From IMG/VR virus record IMGVR_UViG_3300020460_000012: a DNA stretch of 64,000 bases; one strand, 5' to 3'. Of the stretch, positions 38,716 to 48,500 are shown one piece after another. Position 1 is the stretch's first letter, and the number at the start of each line of letters is the position of its first letter. The stretch is from a virus (Duplodnaviria > Caudoviricetes). The notes below the pieces were generated by a model. That model saw only the letters and a program-made list of their open reading frames with translations, had not been told where the DNA came from and ran no database searches. Made by a program: the position numbers and the translations under genes.

Positions 38716-39684
38716 TTAATATCCTGTTGTTTCCATTAAGTTTATATCATTTTCAAAACAATAATTTCTTACTTGCTCTCTAAAGGTAAACAAATCTATG
38801 TCCGGCACTGATTTATAAATGCTGTTTATGCCTTTGATTATACTACTTTGTTTATCATTAAATTTAATATTTTTCTTCAAAGCTGGCAACAATATTTCCA
38901 ATAGCCACGAAGCCGCGCCGTCTGTAGAAGGATGAGGATCCCACCAATAAGGTTGCTGTTTCTTTGTAGAAGCATTTGTGTTACCAAACTTGTATACACG
39001 ATTAGAGTCGGTTAAGAATTGTTCCTTTCCTAATTTTTGTCCTTCCCAAACATGATTACCAATAGGTTTTAACCAATACTCTTTATTATCATTCCATATC
39101 ATGTTTACATAATGTTCAAATTCAGGATATCTTTCTAGTAGATTACCTTCTGCATCAGTTGATTCTCCGTCGCCATTAAAATTTAAAAAATCTGCACCTA
39201 ATTTTTGAAAATCTCCTATACTAGTCATAAACCATGTACAGCCTACAGATTTTAAAAGTGCTTGAGCAAGTGTTATTGCATTTAGTGAATACATAACGTA
39301 TGTCTGCTCACTAAAAAAATGATCTAACCATACTCTGTTATATATAGATGTATTATGCATGTTAAACATAGAACCTTTAGTTAACCAAGCCGATTCTTTA
39401 TTTTTTTCCGGAAGTCCAGAATCTATCCAAGTCTTACTAGTTTTTTTGAATAAGTGATAATCATTTCTTAAATGGGAAGACCATTGTACAATTATTGTAT
39501 CGTCTTTTGTAAATTTGTTTTTTGAATGGCATTCAGCTAATCTCTGTGCAATACCAAGATTGCCTATACCAGGAAGCCCCCAGTTTTCTGCCTTGTCATA
39601 ATCTGTATCGTAGCATAGTATTGTTGCCCACGTCGGCCAATCAACTAGAGAGAAACTACAACCGAATGTGAAAAGTCTAGCCAA
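38716..39684 (-). CDS. SGNH hydrolase/acyltransferase-like protein
   Basis: LFTFGCSFS block I, GIGN block II, C-terminal DPHPS (DxH). Confidence 0.55.
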   Translation of the reverse strand: MARLFTFGCSFSLVDWPTWATILCYDTDYDKAENWGLPGIGNLGIAQRLAECHSKNKFTKDDTIIVQWSSHLRNDYHLFKKTSKTWIDSGLPEKNKESAWLTKGSMFNMHNTSIYNRVWLDHFFSEQTYVMYSLNAITLAQALLKSVGCTWFMTSIGDFQKLGADFLNFNGDGESTDAEGNLLERYPEFEHYVNMIWNDNKEYWLKPIGNHVWEGQKLGKEQFLTDSNRVYKFGNTNASTKKQQPYWWDPHPSTDGAASWLLEILLPALKKNIKFNDKQSSIIKGINSIYKSVPDIDLFTFREQVRNYCFENDINLMETTGY

Positions 39685-39686
39685 GA

Positions 39687-40622
39687 TTACTCGCCTAAAT
39701 GCTTATCGATTTCTTCTACAATATGGGTTTCTATTTTGTCATTCATTTGCATAATGCCTTCGTTTACTCTGTCTGAAAATTCATCTACAGTCACTCTAAT
39801 CGGGCTGTATACTCTTGAAAGTTCGCCCATGTCCATTATATTAAATGATTCACAATTTGGATAGGAAGTATTAATAGGAAATGTACTTCCAATGACAACC
39901 GTGGACGGAATACCTGTTGCATAAGCAAGATGTTGTCCTACACTATCACAGCCCACAAAGTAATCAGCTTCGGCTATTAATGCTGTCCAAGTTCTCAAAT
40001 CAGTTCCTTTAGGTACAGCAATTGGTCTGTCTACACCATGTTCTTTAAAGTCAATAGCTATTTCTCCCATAAAAATTATACCATAGTTTTTAGAAAGTGC
40101 CTTAACCATGTTGACTAAATTTGTAGGCTCAATACTTCTACCGCTAAAATCTGTTAGCATGCCGCCTTCTTCAATAATACCTTTACCAAAAGGTTGAATA
40201 ACAATTATTTTTTCTCTTTCGGTTTTTTCTCTTACTTCTTTTATTACTGTAGAAGCCCGCATAAGTTCACCTTTACTAAGCTTAATAGTGGGCTTAGGTA
40301 AGTCTCTTACACCTTGATTGTTGATTGCAATATCATATGCTTGTGATAAACTGCATTTTTGATTATAGTATTCCCAAACCCTGTATGGTTCTGGACTAAG
40401 CATATTCATATCTTTGAGCTTATCTTCGAATAAATTTTTGTGCCAATGATCATATGCTTTTGCATGTAGCACAGGATGTCCTTTAAAAAAATCAGAACCT
40501 CCCTCACATACAACTAAAAAGTTGTCATCTGGATTTTCTTCGTGAAACTTTTCAAGTGCAGGAATCGAGCAAACAACTCTTCCTGCTCCACCATTAATAA
40601 AAATTGCAGTGCTTCTTGCCAT
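39687..40622 (-). CDS. GT9 (heptosyltransferase)-like glycosyltransferase
   Basis: GGAGRVVCSIPAL, IIVIQPFG, LIAEADYFVGCDSVGQHLAYATGIP matching the GT9 ..A..FIG.DSG..HLA.A.G.P motif. Confidence 0.65.
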   Translation of the reverse strand: MARSTAIFINGGAGRVVCSIPALEKFHEENPDDNFLVVCEGGSDFFKGHPVLHAKAYDHWHKNLFEDKLKDMNMLSPEPYRVWEYYNQKCSLSQAYDIAINNQGVRDLPKPTIKLSKGELMRASTVIKEVREKTEREKIIVIQPFGKGIIEEGGMLTDFSGRSIEPTNLVNMVKALSKNYGIIFMGEIAIDFKEHGVDRPIAVPKGTDLRTWTALIAEADYFVGCDSVGQHLAYATGIPSTVVIGSTFPINTSYPNCESFNIMDMGELSRVYSPIRVTVDEFSDRVNEGIMQMNDKIETHIVEEIDKHLGE

Positions 40623-40712
40623 ATTTATAGATCCTATCGTTAGTAAACATAGTAGTTAATTGCTACTATGAATATTTAGCGACCAAAGATTTATAAATTA
40701 GATAAAGTGACT

Positions 40713-41756
40713 TTATTCTACTGCTGTTGATAATGCTGGATTATAAGTTTTTTCAGCTTCTTCAAATGCATGTGCATCTTCTGTATCTGTTGCTACACTA
40801 TTAGCTTTAGTAACTTTTTTCCAGCTTGTAGGTCTTGTAAACAATGGTGATTCTCTCCATTTTACTTTCCAAGGATCAACTTGTTTAACTTTAGTAAGAG
40901 TAACTTTTGCTCCTGTTCCGCTTCCGTTTGTTACAAAGAAACATTCTGTGTAAACTGCGGCTTCTGGATGATATAATGCTCTCTTATTTTCAACACTAAA
41001 CTCTGTAATTGCTCCTGAACCACTTACTTTAGTAACAGTAAGTTTCACTTCGTCAACTACTTGTGTGTTTTTATATTTAGGATCTTGTACTAATAACACA
41101 TCTCCGACACTATAACCAGAACCACCTGTTGGCACTGTAGCTGTCCATGCAACACCAACTGTTTCAGTAATATCTCTTAGATATGTTCTATATTCTTGTA
41201 TTTTTGTAATTAATCCTGAAGGCAAATCTTCACTGTAAAGTCTATCACTGTTCTGTAACTGGTTGTCTCTAAAAGCAACTTTCTCTTCCCATGTCATAAT
41301 AGGTTTTCTCCAAGGTAACGGAGTTACCCATTGCTCTGCTTGAGGAGAATACTCAATTTCTGTAATTTCGTAAGTATGATTAGGTACGGGATACTTATCT
41401 CTTACATATGGTGTATCTTGTCCTGGTACATCTTCTTCTATGTCAGGAATTGAATGGGGATCAACGCCTTCAAATAAGCCAGCTATAATACATTCAGTAT
41501 TAGAATCTTCAGGTCTTACTTCTACCATATAATGATCACCTTGTGGAAATGGTATCTCGCCATTAAATAATTGCTGACCTACTTCTCCTCCTGATTCACA
41601 ACGTATAAGTTTATTTGTAATACTATCAACCCATACATATACTTTATCAGGACCTTTGTAAATTACTCTTGCTTTTTTACCTAGGTCGTTAGTTTGGTGA
41701 TATATATCATCAGGTAAATCGTAAGTAAATTCTTTTGTTATTTCATTTATAGCCAT
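40713..41756 (-). CDS. Tail fibre assembly chaperone-like protein with an inserted beta module
   Basis: WEEKVAFRDNQLQNSD...EYRTYLRDI; paralog of 43328-43999. Confidence 0.6.
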   Translation of the reverse strand: MAINEITKEFTYDLPDDIYHQTNDLGKKARVIYKGPDKVYVWVDSITNKLIRCESGGEVGQQLFNGEIPFPQGDHYMVEVRPEDSNTECIIAGLFEGVDPHSIPDIEEDVPGQDTPYVRDKYPVPNHTYEITEIEYSPQAEQWVTPLPWRKPIMTWEEKVAFRDNQLQNSDRLYSEDLPSGLITKIQEYRTYLRDITETVGVAWTATVPTGGSGYSVGDVLLVQDPKYKNTQVVDEVKLTVTKVSGSGAITEFSVENKRALYHPEAAVYTECFFVTNGSGTGAKVTLTKVKQVDPWKVKWRESPLFTRPTSWKKVTKANSVATDTEDAHAFEEAEKTYNPALSTAVE

Positions 41757-41765
41757 AATTATTCC

Positions 41766-42566
41766 CTACCAGTATACCACATAAATCATTCCGCCGCCAC
41801 CAACGCCGCCACATCTACATGTACCGTCATTAGTCCAGCCTGTCATTCCTCCACCGCCTGGGTGCATGCCCATCATCATACATGCTTGTCCACAACAACT
41901 AGAGTATGATCCACAAATGCCACCATGGCAACTGTTACAGCATGTTGAAGTACCTTGTGGTCTAGGTCCTGGTGTACCGTATGCACTACCTACATGTTGC
42001 CAACCTGCTTCGATACAAAATTGGCTACTACGATATGCACCTGTTACACTAGTTTGACATTCTAATGTGGTTATTCCTGAACCACTTATATAATTGTTTG
42101 AACAACATGCACACATAGAACAACAAGAATAACAGTTTGTAGCTAAATGACACCTTGTATATCTAGCAGAGCATAATCCGCCTTCTACGCACATACACCA
42201 AGTTCCGTCACCATTACAAACATATGACGAACATCCGTGGAATCCTGCACAACAACTCATATTAGCACCAGATGTACCAGCTGAACACATTCTAATTTGA
42301 TCGCCTGCAGAAACATCAGTTTCGACCATCATATAGCCGCCACCGCCGCCACCGCCGCCTTGTGTACAACAACAGCTATAGCCACCGCCTGCACCGCCGC
42401 TCCATACTTCAAATACTGCCTTTGTTACACCTGCTGGCACTGTCCAAAGATAACAACATCCTCCGTTGTGTGGTAACCACTTATTTGTATTTTGTATATA
42501 AAATTCTTGTGGTTTGATAACACCGCCTGTTTCGTAACCGTATATTAAATTTGTTAATTGACTCAT
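41766..42566 (-). CDS. Gly/Cys-rich adhesin-like protein 1
   Basis: GGCCYLWTVPAGVT...WSGGAGG, poly-Gly motifs, about 31 Cys in 266 aa. Confidence 0.6.
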   Translation of the reverse strand: MSQLTNLIYGYETGGVIKPQEFYIQNTNKWLPHNGGCCYLWTVPAGVTKAVFEVWSGGAGGGYSCCCTQGGGGGGGGYMMVETDVSAGDQIRMCSAGTSGANMSCCAGFHGCSSYVCNGDGTWCMCVEGGLCSARYTRCHLATNCYSCCSMCACCSNNYISGSGITTLECQTSVTGAYRSSQFCIEAGWQHVGSAYGTPGPRPQGTSTCCNSCHGGICGSYSSCCGQACMMMGMHPGGGGMTGWTNDGTCRCGGVGGGGMIYVVYW

Positions 42567-42576
42567 GTTCTATTCC

Positions 42577-43326
42577 TTACGATGCTACGTGCCATTCTAC
42601 TATAATTAAACCTCCGGCTCCTGCCGCACCACAACCGCAATAGCTGTTATGACTTGACGCCGTTCCGCCACCGCTGCCTGGCCAATAAGCATATCCTTGT
42701 TGTCCACAACCACAGCAATAACCTGAACATGCGTCTCTTGCTGGACGGAAAAAATCTCCTGTAAATGGTGCTTGTGGTGCCCAGTTCCATGCTGTTCCTG
42801 AACAAAATGCTGTACCTTTAAAAGCACCGGACATTCCGCATATTCCAAATCCGCCACACCATGAGCCGCATTCATATGCTGAACAACCCATATAGCTGTT
42901 TCCAATTGGACCCCAGCAATAATTACATCCTACTTTACCTGCACTTGCACAAATAACATTAGCGGCTTCTGTTACACCATAAGCATAACTAGGATATCCT
43001 GGACATCCAGTGTTTGTATTTGCACAAGTAGTTGAACCGCCTGCACAAAATCTGTACTGCTGTCCTGCTACAGTGTTAATAATTTTTCTTGCATAGCTTC
43101 CTGCTCCGCCTGGAATACCAAAGAAACAGCAACAGTTACCTGCGCCGCCTCCGCCGCCGCCCCACATTTCCACTGCAAACCATGTAACGCCAGTTGGTAC
43201 TGTCCATAAACAACAGCATCCGCCATTTTCCATATTGTCTACACTTGTGTGATAGACTACCATTGAATCAACAGCTACGGTGCCGCCACCGCCTCCATAT
43301 TGTAACATTGTTTTCAGTGCTGACAT
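42577..43326 (-). CDS. Gly/Cys-rich adhesin-like protein 2
   Basis: GGCCCLWTVPTGVT...WGGGGGG, about 23 Cys in 249 aa. Confidence 0.6.
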   Translation of the reverse strand: MSALKTMLQYGGGGGTVAVDSMVVYHTSVDNMENGGCCCLWTVPTGVTWFAVEMWGGGGGGAGNCCCFFGIPGGAGSYARKIINTVAGQQYRFCAGGSTTCANTNTGCPGYPSYAYGVTEAANVICASAGKVGCNYCWGPIGNSYMGCSAYECGSWCGGFGICGMSGAFKGTAFCSGTAWNWAPQAPFTGDFFRPARDACSGYCCGCGQQGYAYWPGSGGGTASSHNSYCGCGAAGAGGLIIVEWHVAS

Positions 43327-43327
43327 A

Positions 43328-43999
43328 TTATTCTGCCTTCGTATCTGGTGCTAACGGAAATTCAACTTTCCAAGCTTCTACTTCGTCTGATTCACCTTTT
43401 TTATAAACTGTTGGTAGATCCCTAAGTGCTTGTCTGTAAGTAACCCATGGTGTTTTTACAGCATCGGGCATATCTGGTGAAATTTTACCGTCGGAAGCTT
43501 CTAGCTGTGAATCTCTTTGTAATATAATGTCATCCCAATCAACTGGTGAAGTTTTGTAACCTGCTGACCATGTTTTTGCATCTAAATCATAAACACATTC
43601 GCTTTCGTCGACGTATGTTTCTCCAATTTCTGGCTTACCATTATATTTTATGGTGTAATCACCGTATGTTTCTGTAACTGTTGTTTGATCATTTGTTACA
43701 ATAGTTGAATCAGCAACTCTAAAAATTGCCATCATTAAAGGATCATCTGCAAGAGTTACTTCAACTCTTGTAGTACCTACTGGTACAGGAACATCTGCTC
43801 CTTCATCTCTTTCTGTTAGTTCTCCTGGACTTCTAATTCTTTTGCCCTTGTTGTCACCGTCTGTATCAACAAATACATAAACCTTGTCTGGTCCATTGTA
43901 TGTAGCAGAAGCTGTTAGTCCATCACTATCACTAGAATCAAACATCTTGTTTGGCAATTTGTAATCAAATGTTTTACTAGCTATTGTATTTTCTGGCAT
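43328..43999 (-). CDS. Tail fibre assembly chaperone-like protein
   Basis: WDDIILQRDSQLEASD...WVTYRQALRDLP. Confidence 0.7.
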   Translation of the reverse strand: MPENTIASKTFDYKLPNKMFDSSDSDGLTASATYNGPDKVYVFVDTDGDNKGKRIRSPGELTERDEGADVPVPVGTTRVEVTLADDPLMMAIFRVADSTIVTNDQTTVTETYGDYTIKYNGKPEIGETYVDESECVYDLDAKTWSAGYKTSPVDWDDIILQRDSQLEASDGKISPDMPDAVKTPWVTYRQALRDLPTVYKKGESDEVEAWKVEFPLAPDTKAE

Positions 44000-44018
44000 T
44001 TTCTTTCCTCACACATTA

Positions 44019-44825
44019 TTAATTATAGTATACATACACTTGGCCACCGCCACCTGGTTGTCCATCACAGTGTGAACCTCCGCAAGCTATTCCGCTTGTT
44101 CCTGGTCCTCCAGGAAATTTATTTCCTGTAAATGGATCACCACTTGTACACATTACATATCGTCCTTGTTGATACCAACAAGAACATAAATCTTCGTTCA
44201 TTTGTCCAGGCTGATTAAATCCTGAATGGGTCCAATAATAATACTGCGTATGACAGTATGTATTTCTTGTACCATGCCCACCAATACCTGGCATAATTAT
44301 TCCTTTGTTAGCATCTGCAACATAACCTTGTGTAGCACTAGATGAACCGCCTTGTATTCTTCCAAAACAGCAAGTATATGCATTGTATGGGCTCTGGAAC
44401 CCTGGCTGTTGTGATCCTTCATCACCTCCACATGCACAAATTATAGTTGCGGCCGCTGTTACATCATAAACATATGATGGACAACCATAACAGCTAGTAT
44501 TTGATTTATTATATGCACAACCAGTTGACGATCCTGCACAAATTCTATATTGACAACCTGCTTGGGTATCCATTTGATACCAAACATAAGAACCACTAGT
44601 TCCTTGATAAGCTTCAAAACTACAACAACATCCATCATTACCTGATGAACCACCGCCCCATAGTTTAAACACAAGACTTGTTATACCTGCAGGCACAGTC
44701 CACAAACAACAGCAACCTCCGTTGGCGGCACTTGTATGCGATGTATTCCATACTCTAAGTCTTTGAGGTATGTTACCTACGCTTTGTGGTCCTATATCGG
44801 CCAGTAGTGTTGTTAAAGCAGTCAT
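44019..44825 (-). CDS. Gly/Cys-rich adhesin-like protein 3
   Basis: GGCCCLWTVPAGIT...WGGGSSG, about 21 Cys in 268 aa. Confidence 0.6.
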   Translation of the reverse strand: MTALTTLLADIGPQSVGNIPQRLRVWNTSHTSAANGGCCCLWTVPAGITSLVFKLWGGGSSGNDGCCCSFEAYQGTSGSYVWYQMDTQAGCQYRICAGSSTGCAYNKSNTSCYGCPSYVYDVTAAATIICACGGDEGSQQPGFQSPYNAYTCCFGRIQGGSSSATQGYVADANKGIIMPGIGGHGTRNTYCHTQYYYWTHSGFNQPGQMNEDLCSCWYQQGRYVMCTSGDPFTGNKFPGGPGTSGIACGGSHCDGQPGGGGQVYVYYN

Positions 44826-44850
44826 TGACTAACTCCCTGATTAATCTTAC

Positions 44851-45171
44851 TTATGAGCCACATAATACCCAACCATAAGTAGCCCCAGAATACACTAGTA
44901 TCGGCGAAGCATTATTAATATCAATAATAAGATCCGAAGCATCATTTTGAATTTCTTGCCCGTTTCTTGCTACTGTGATATTTGACGATCCAGCTGTTCC
45001 AGAAATATCAACTACTTGAATAGTATCATTTTCTGTTGGACTTGCTGGAAGGGTTACTGTAATGCCACCAGCTGTACATAAAATACGCTGATTAACTGCC
45101 GCGTTTACACTAGTACCTGTGACAACATTTGTAGTTGCGTAGTTAAGTGTGCTTGTTAAATATCTTCCCAT
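44851..45171 (-). CDS. Small virion protein with a T4 gp9/gp10-like module
   Basis: ITVTLPASPTENDTIQVVD...NITVARNG..I. Confidence 0.6.
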   Translation of the reverse strand: MGRYLTSTLNYATTNVVTGTSVNAAVNQRILCTAGGITVTLPASPTENDTIQVVDISGTAGSSNITVARNGQEIQNDASDLIIDINNASPILVYSGATYGWVLCGS

Positions 45172-45191
45172 TATATTGTCCTTTTATATAT

Positions 45192-45509
45192 TTATGCCGT
45201 TGTCTCAATACCCATAGCTACTACACTTACGTTGCTTGAGCTAGCGTATGCAACTATTTTCTTACCGGCGTCAACGACTATACCAGTGCGTTCTAATACG
45301 TTTTTTGGATTCAGTTCAACATCATACTCAATGTACTCATCTGCACCTGGAGTGCTTGTATCACAAATTGCTAAACGAAGCAAGACTACGGCGTTGCCTC
45401 TATTGACAAAATTAACACTAGCTACTGCATAGGTGCTTGCCGGACAAGTGTAAATATCAGTATTCGTTGCGCCTGTTAAATCCGCTGTTCCTAATCTTCC
45501 TGTGGCCAT
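45192..45509 (-). CDS. Small beta-sandwich virion protein
   Basis: 105 aa; pattern shared with 55657-55986 and 59617-59982. Confidence 0.6.
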   Translation of the reverse strand: MATGRLGTADLTGATNTDIYTCPASTYAVASVNFVNRGNAVVLLRLAICDTSTPGADEYIEYDVELNPKNVLERTGIVVDAGKKIVAYASSSNVSVVAMGIETTA

Positions 45510-45523
45510 TTGTTATATCTCCA

Positions 45524-48500
45524 TTATGCGTTAATAAACATATTTAAGGCTACGGGTGATCCACTCACCCCACCTGTATAGTTTACCTGTGCTGTTATAT
45601 TTATCTCTTGATTGGTTGTATGCGATATTGTCTGACCAGTTATATTAACTTGACCAGCAGTAATCGAGTTCACATTTAGTTCACCAGCACCGCCACCAAT
45701 TTGACTTGCTATATAAGTTTTAATAGCTCTCTGTGTTGGAACAATACTGTCACTGTTGGCTGTAAACGTACCATCAGTTGAAAACTCAGTAATTGTGGCA
45801 CTAGTACCACCTAAACTTATTTCACCGAGTTGTAATTCTTGTAATCCACTAACATTAAAGGCATCAGCATTTAGTGTTGCTCTACCTGTAGACTGTTCAA
45901 CGCTGAATAATTCTCCTACTCTAAAGTTACCGTCCTGATCAGTTGAGGTATAAAATACTCTACCACCACCAAAATCTTTAGTCTCGTCTGTTTGATCAGC
46001 TGGTGTACTTGGAGTTCCAGGATAGTTTGTAGTTGTTGTATTACCAGTACCTACGTCTAAGAAATCATGTCCTGTTAATCTAACCTGACTATATCTTCTA
46101 CGTATAGTTATACCTTCATCATGTTCTGGTGCTTCTGTTACAGTAATATCTGGACTTACTTGTAGTAATGCTTCATAATTACCCGCACTACCAGTTACTT
46201 GTGTTACTCCTACAAGTTTATACCATTTTCCTGCTATACCTGCAATCTCTACATTAGCTCCTTGTACTGGAGTTTCAGTTAAGTTTTTAACTTTGACATA
46301 TTGTCCAGGTTGATAGTTATCTGCATAACCATTTGCTGATGCTACTGTAGCTGTAGCAGTTGTATATCCTGTACCTCTGTTACTAAAAGTAGGTTGTCCT
46401 AACACACCGCTACCTGTCCTTACTGTATGAGGTACGTCAACAGTATTATTAGGATCAGTCAGTGTCATTGTTGGTGTACTACTATATCCAGAACCAGGAT
46501 GCCAAATCTTAATTTGTGTTACTTTTCCATCTTCAATTTTTGCTCTAGCTTTAGCAATATCAGCATATGCACTTACGCCGCCGCCGCTAAACACTACTCT
46601 AGGTTCAATTATATATTCTGTAGTTGCATCAAGAGCTGATACAATACCTGCTCCGTATACACTATCCCAACCTGCTGTTCCGTCGCTGTTTTTTAACACT
46701 GTTGCGACTTTTGTGCCTGAATCATATGTATTAATATATGCATATTGACCTGCACCTGTGCCGCTTACAATCCAAATAGCCATACCTGCATACATTGCAT
46801 TTGTTGCGGTATCTGTGTTACTAAGAGTAATTTGTGTTGCTGTGCCTACTTGTGCATTATTAGTAGCGGTTACGTATCCAGCGCCACCTAAATCGCTTGA
46901 TGGGTCTGTAAGTCTAACTTGATAAACAGCACCGTTATAAACATTTTCTGCACTTATAGCCGCATCATTATTGCCTCCGACTATTGTTGTAGTTGTATCA
47001 CCATCTGCATAGCTTACTCCTGCATTTAAATATTCAAAGAATAGTATCTGATTTTTGTCAGTAACTATATTTTCAATTTTAGCTTCTGTTGACTGGTTAG
47101 TAACTTTACCTGTCACTGCTGTTTCTGTGCTATCAATACCTTCTGCTACACATCCAAAGTCACCATATGAGCTGTTACCGTTTGTTGCACGTATCTTGCC
47201 GCCGTTTTCTGATAGATATCCTATGTGTGCATAATAAGAGAACACACTAACAAGTTCTGCTCTACCTAAGTTTGTTACCCAAGCACCAATACCATCACTA
47301 ATAATTTGTGTAAAGTCGTTTGCAACTATTGAGTCATTTCCGCCGTCATGTAGGTCTCCGTCAATCTTAAGACCAATACAACCTGTACCAAATGTTGTTA
47401 CATTTTGTATATATGGGGATCTAGTTAAAATATGTGCATCTGTATCTGCTGGACCATATCCTGGATCTAAGCTAATATATGCACCTGCACTTGGTCGTTT
47501 AGTACCATAGGAGTTTGCACTACCTAAAGTACCAGACAAGCCACTTACTGTACAGTTTCTTAAGCCTGAACCGTTTCTCATAAAGAACATATTTTCTGTA
47601 CTAGAGCCACTTACAGAGTTGCTATACAACAATGCCGCATTTATCATTCTCCAGTTTCCTGTATATTCTAAATCATATTTCATTGCGTCAATATATCTGT
47701 TAACATCTCTTGTACAAGCCGCTATAGTATATGTGTAGCTAGGATATTGCACTGCAATATAAGCATGTACTTCTGCAACTAAAAATGTTCTGTTAGCTTC
47801 TATAGCTTCTATAGCATATCTATAACCTGTATCATATGTAGGTGTATTTGTACCTCTGGTTGTAGGAACTGTGGAATCACCAGTTACTCCATTTACCCTA
47901 TAATCAATATAGTCTTCAAGTTCTTGGAATAATGCTGTAGCCGCAGTACCTGCCGCACTTGAACCTGCGGGTCTTGATGTTACTTGTGTTTCAGCATTTC
48001 CTGCTGATTTTGTAACTGAACCGTTTGTTACAATATCACTTATAATTGCTTTTAATCTTTGTATTGCCGCTATACTTTTTGGCACATCAGTAGCTTGTGT
48101 TTGCTGACCTGCTGGTTGTATTTTTGTTGAACGTAATTCGTCACCTATCAATGCTGTATTTGCAGGGCATAGTATAGGAAGAGTTTCTTGAAATGTTCCG
48201 CTCTTAATATAGAGTGAATTGTTAGGTATCACAGCTGATGCCATATTTGTTGTATTACCAGCTGTCACTGCCGCTGTTAAAATATTAGCTAAACTTGTTG
48301 CAGTTGATAAATCATCTGACTCTTCTGTGTAATTTGTATCTGTTTGCTGTGTAGCTGTTACAGAACCTTGCAAAGTTTGATAATCAGATGCTGGAGCCGC
48401 ATTGCTTAATACTGCATCTGCAACAACTAATACTCTTGCAATCATTGCATTAAATTCTGTTATTTTACCAGTAATAGTTGCATCTGCATGTATAGCTGTA

